From NCBI RefSeq assembly GCF_002945325.1, contig NZ_CP026606.1, positions 1,170,001 to 1,202,000 on the forward strand: a stretch of 32,000 nucleotides of DNA, written 5' to 3'. Position 1 is the stretch's first letter, and the number at the start of each line of letters is the position of its first letter. Made by a program: the position numbers and the translations under genes. This stretch comes from Methanococcus maripaludis. GTDB lineage: Archaea > AGJL01 > Methanococci > Methanococcales > Methanococcaceae. Below the pieces are notes generated by a model, which saw nothing but the letters and a program-made list of their open reading frames with translations, searched no databases and had not been told where the DNA came from. This document shows, one piece after another, positions 29,513 to 32,000 of the stretch.

Positions 29513-30315
29513 TCTGCTGTCTTGGGCCAAGGGGAAGTTACAGCGAAAAAGCTGCTGTTACATTTTCAAAAGCGATAAATGATAGTGAAATCCAGTTCGA
29601 AGATTCAATTTATAATGTTTTCAAGGCAGTTGAAACCAATCCTGAATTTTTTGGGGTAGTTCCATCTGAAAATTCAATTGGCGGTTCAGTATCGATTACA
29701 CAAGACCTTCTTTTGGAATTTCCCGTAAAAATTCTCGGTGAAGTGGATATTTCGATAAACCACTGTTTAATTGGCTACGATATCAAAAAAGTAACCGAAG
29801 TTTTAGCTCATCCTCAGGCACTAGCACAGTGTGGACATTACATTACAAAAAATAACTGGAATATAATGCCTGTTGACAGCAACGCAAAAGCTGCAAAAAT
29901 TGTTTCAGAGAAAAAAGACGAGAAACTTGCAGCAATCTGCGGTGTTGAAAATGCAGAAATTTATGAATTAAACGTCCTTGATGAAAACATTCAAGATTAC
30001 AAAAATAATACAACAAGATTTTTTTTAATCTGCAATAAAAAAAAGGATTTTAAAACTGATTTAAAACCAAATAAGGTATCCCTTGTAATTGAAATAAATA
30101 AAAACATGCCTGGAGCATTTTATGAAGTTTTGGGCGTATTTAAATATCGAAATGTTAATTTAACAAGAATTGAATCAAGACCTTCTAAAAAAGAAATTGG
30201 AAATTATGTATTTTACATAGATTACGAATATTATGATGACAATTCTGCGCTACTTAGAGATCTTCGGTTTTGGGCATTAAATGTAATCGAACTTGGAAAT
30301 TATTTTGTGGTATAA
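29509..30315 (+). CDS. pheA: Prephenate dehydratase with ACT domain
   Basis: MICCLGPRGSYSEKAAVTF...VPSENSIGGSV...NNTTRFFLI...TRIESRPSKKEIGNYVFYID; ATGA overlap with upstream gene. Confidence 0.95.
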   Translation: MICCLGPRGSYSEKAAVTFSKAINDSEIQFEDSIYNVFKAVETNPEFFGVVPSENSIGGSVSITQDLLLEFPVKILGEVDISINHCLIGYDIKKVTEVLAHPQALAQCGHYITKNNWNIMPVDSNAKAAKIVSEKKDEKLAAICGVENAEIYELNVLDENIQDYKNNTTRFFLICNKKKDFKTDLKPNKVSLVIEINKNMPGAFYEVLGVFKYRNVNLTRIESRPSKKEIGNYVFYIDYEYYDDNSALLRDLRFWALNVIELGNYFVV

Positions 30316-30425
30316 CAACAGAATATGGCGAAAGAAATTAATTTATCCATTTACATATTTTAAAATGCATTACTATTTATATGAAAACCGCTTACTTACT
30401 AAAAATCACTTATTCGGGTGTTAAA

Positions 30426-31676
30426 ATGGAAAGTTACATTCAAAACTTGTTTGCTGAAAGAATTGGCGGCAAAAGCTTTGGAAAAGAAGATGTAATCTAC
30501 AAATTCGAAAAAATTAAAAGAGCAAAACAGGCTGCGAAATTAAAGTATCCCGACATGGAATTAATCGACATGGGTGTTGGAGAACCTGATGAAATGGCTG
30601 ACGAGTCCGTAGTTGAAGTTTTATGCGAAGAAGCAAAAAAACACGAAAATAGAGGATATTCTGACAACGGTGTTCAGGCATTAAAAGACGAAATCCCAAT
30701 TTACATGGAAAAAATCTTTGGGGTTAAAGATTTAGATCCTGTAAACGAAGTAGTTCACTCAATCGGATCAAAACCTGCTTTAGCATACATTACATCAGTG
30801 TTTATCAATCCTGGCGATGTAACCTTAATGACAGTTCCAGGATACCCTGTTACTGCAACACACACCAAATGGTACGGCGGAAGTGTAGAAACCTTACCAT
30901 TGTTGGAAAAAAATAACTTCTTGCCAGAACTCGACGCAATTTCAAAAGAAGTTAAGGAAAAAGCAAAAATTCTTTACTTAAACTACCCAAACAATCCAAC
31001 TGGTGCTCAGGCTACCAAAAAATTCTACAAGGAAGCAGTAGATTTTGCATTTGAAAACGATTTAATAGTTATTCAAGATGCGGCATACTCTGCATTAACT
31101 TACGGCGACAAACCGCTTTCATTCCTCTCATTAAAAGATGCAAAAGAAGTTGGTGTTGAAATTCACAGCTTTTCAAAAGCGTACAACATGACTGGATGGA
31201 GACTTGCATTTGTTGCAGGAAACGAACTCATTGTAAGGGGCTTTGCAGCAGTTAAAGATAATTACGATAGCGGACAGTTCATTCCAATTCAAAAAGCAGG
31301 AATTCACTGTTTAAGACACCCTGAAATCACTGAAAAAACAAGGGCAAAATACGAAAGAAGACTTTCAAAAATGGTTAAAATCTTAAAAGAAGCAGGATTC
31401 AACGCAAAAATGCCTGGAGGAACATTCTACCTCTACGTGAAAGCACCAATCGGAACAAAAGACGGCGCTAAATTTGCAAACGCTGAAGAGTTCTCACAAT
31501 TCATGATAAAAGAAAAACTTATTTCAACCGTGCCATGGGACGATGCAGGAAACTTCGTAAGAATGGCAGCATGCTTTGAAGCATTCAAAGACGGCGAAAT
31601 TTCAATCGAAGAAGAAGACAGAATCTTAAACGAAGTTAAAAGAAGATTAACTGAAGTAGAATTTGTTTTTGAATAA
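30426..31676 (+). CDS. dapL: LL-diaminopimelate aminotransferase (DapL-like, class I/II PLP aminotransferase)
   Basis: MGVGEPDEMADESVVEVL, SIGSKPALAYI, LNYPNNPTGAQA, SFSKAYNMTGWRLAF; start at MESYIQNLF likely. Confidence 0.85.
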   Translation: MESYIQNLFAERIGGKSFGKEDVIYKFEKIKRAKQAAKLKYPDMELIDMGVGEPDEMADESVVEVLCEEAKKHENRGYSDNGVQALKDEIPIYMEKIFGVKDLDPVNEVVHSIGSKPALAYITSVFINPGDVTLMTVPGYPVTATHTKWYGGSVETLPLLEKNNFLPELDAISKEVKEKAKILYLNYPNNPTGAQATKKFYKEAVDFAFENDLIVIQDAAYSALTYGDKPLSFLSLKDAKEVGVEIHSFSKAYNMTGWRLAFVAGNELIVRGFAAVKDNYDSGQFIPIQKAGIHCLRHPEITEKTRAKYERRLSKMVKILKEAGFNAKMPGGTFYLYVKAPIGTKDGAKFANAEEFSQFMIKEKLISTVPWDDAGNFVRMAACFEAFKDGEISIEEEDRILNEVKRRLTEVEFVFE

Positions 31677-31718
31677 ACTTTAAACTTTTTTTAAATTTTT
31701 AATTTAATCCAAATTAAT

Positions 31719-32000
31719 TTAATTTTTATTTTTTTCAAGTTTTAAAAGTGCATTTTTGGCAGCTTTCATTTCAGCTTCCTTTTTACTTTTTCCAATTCCC
31801 TTTCCAAGTATATTTCGGTCCGATTTCACTGTTACAACAAATTTTTTATCGTGGGCCTCTCCAGTTTCTTCTAAATTTACATATTTGATAGTTTTATTGG
31901 ATAATCCTGGAATTTCCTGCAATTTAGTTTTATAATCAATAAAAAATTCTTTTGAACTTTTTTCAATAATTGGAATTATGTGATTATATACAAACTTTTT
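31719..32000 (-). CDS. rnc: Ribonuclease III, C-terminal part (partial; gene continues past the window end)
   Basis: Manual in-frame translation from 32000: KKFVYNHIIPIIEKSSKEFFIDYKTKLQEIPG...EETGEAHDKKFVVTVKSDRNILGKGIGKSKKEAEMKAAKNALLKLEK: DYKTxLQE plus dsRNA-binding domain. Confidence 0.8.
   Translation of the reverse strand, partial: KKFVYNHIIPIIEKSSKEFFIDYKTKLQEIPGLSNKTIKYVNLEETGEAHDKKFVVTVKSDRNILGKGIGKSKKEAEMKAAKNALLKLEKNKN

Noticed and set aside
1-32000. Search for CRISPR arrays, transposons, integrases, restriction or toxin-antitoxin systems
   Set aside because: No regularly spaced repeats, transposase/integrase motifs or defence-type domains seen; gene content is core methanogen housekeeping, so a new mobile or defence system is not claimed.

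Overview
This window is core-genome sequence from a methanogenic archaeon, most like Methanococcus maripaludis by protein content and gene order (recognition, not a database search). On the minus strand it carries the 3' part of the mtr operon (mtrE-D-C-B-A, with only the 5' end of mtrF) and the complete mcrBDCGA operon. Divergent from mcr is a radical SAM gene matching methanogenesis marker 10, the McrA arginine methyltransferase. Then come tRNA-Met(CAT, intron-containing), tRNA-Leu(GAG), a UbiX-like flavin prenyltransferase, srp54, an F420:NADP oxidoreductase, a fumarase beta-like gene, a truncated S10-type ribosomal cluster (rplC-D-W-B-rpsS, minus strand), a translin-family gene, tRNA-Ile(GAT), and a minus-strand cluster with a split YedE/YeeE-type transporter, a DUF3343-like protein and a YjeF-like kinase. 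The remainder holds an OB-fold/zinc-like protein plus TctA-like protein, an adenylate kinase-like gene, sepF, pgk, methanogenesis marker 2, a methyltransferase, prephenate dehydratase, dapL and the C-terminal part of RNase III. I found no CRISPR array, transposon, prophage or obvious defence system. The most interesting items are sub-gene features: (1) a near-identical 113 bp duplication at the 5' ends of mtrA and mtrF; (2) an adenylate kinase-like ORF whose essential P-loop lies upstream of any ATG/GTG/TTG start; (3) a shared TGCTT...AAGCA inverted repeat at the predicted transcript start of all three tRNAs; (4) a repeated ~29-40 nt intergenic element in three convergent gene gaps; (5) a structured, attenuator-like leader upstream of rplC; (6) an apparent archaeal RNase III cut by the window edge.
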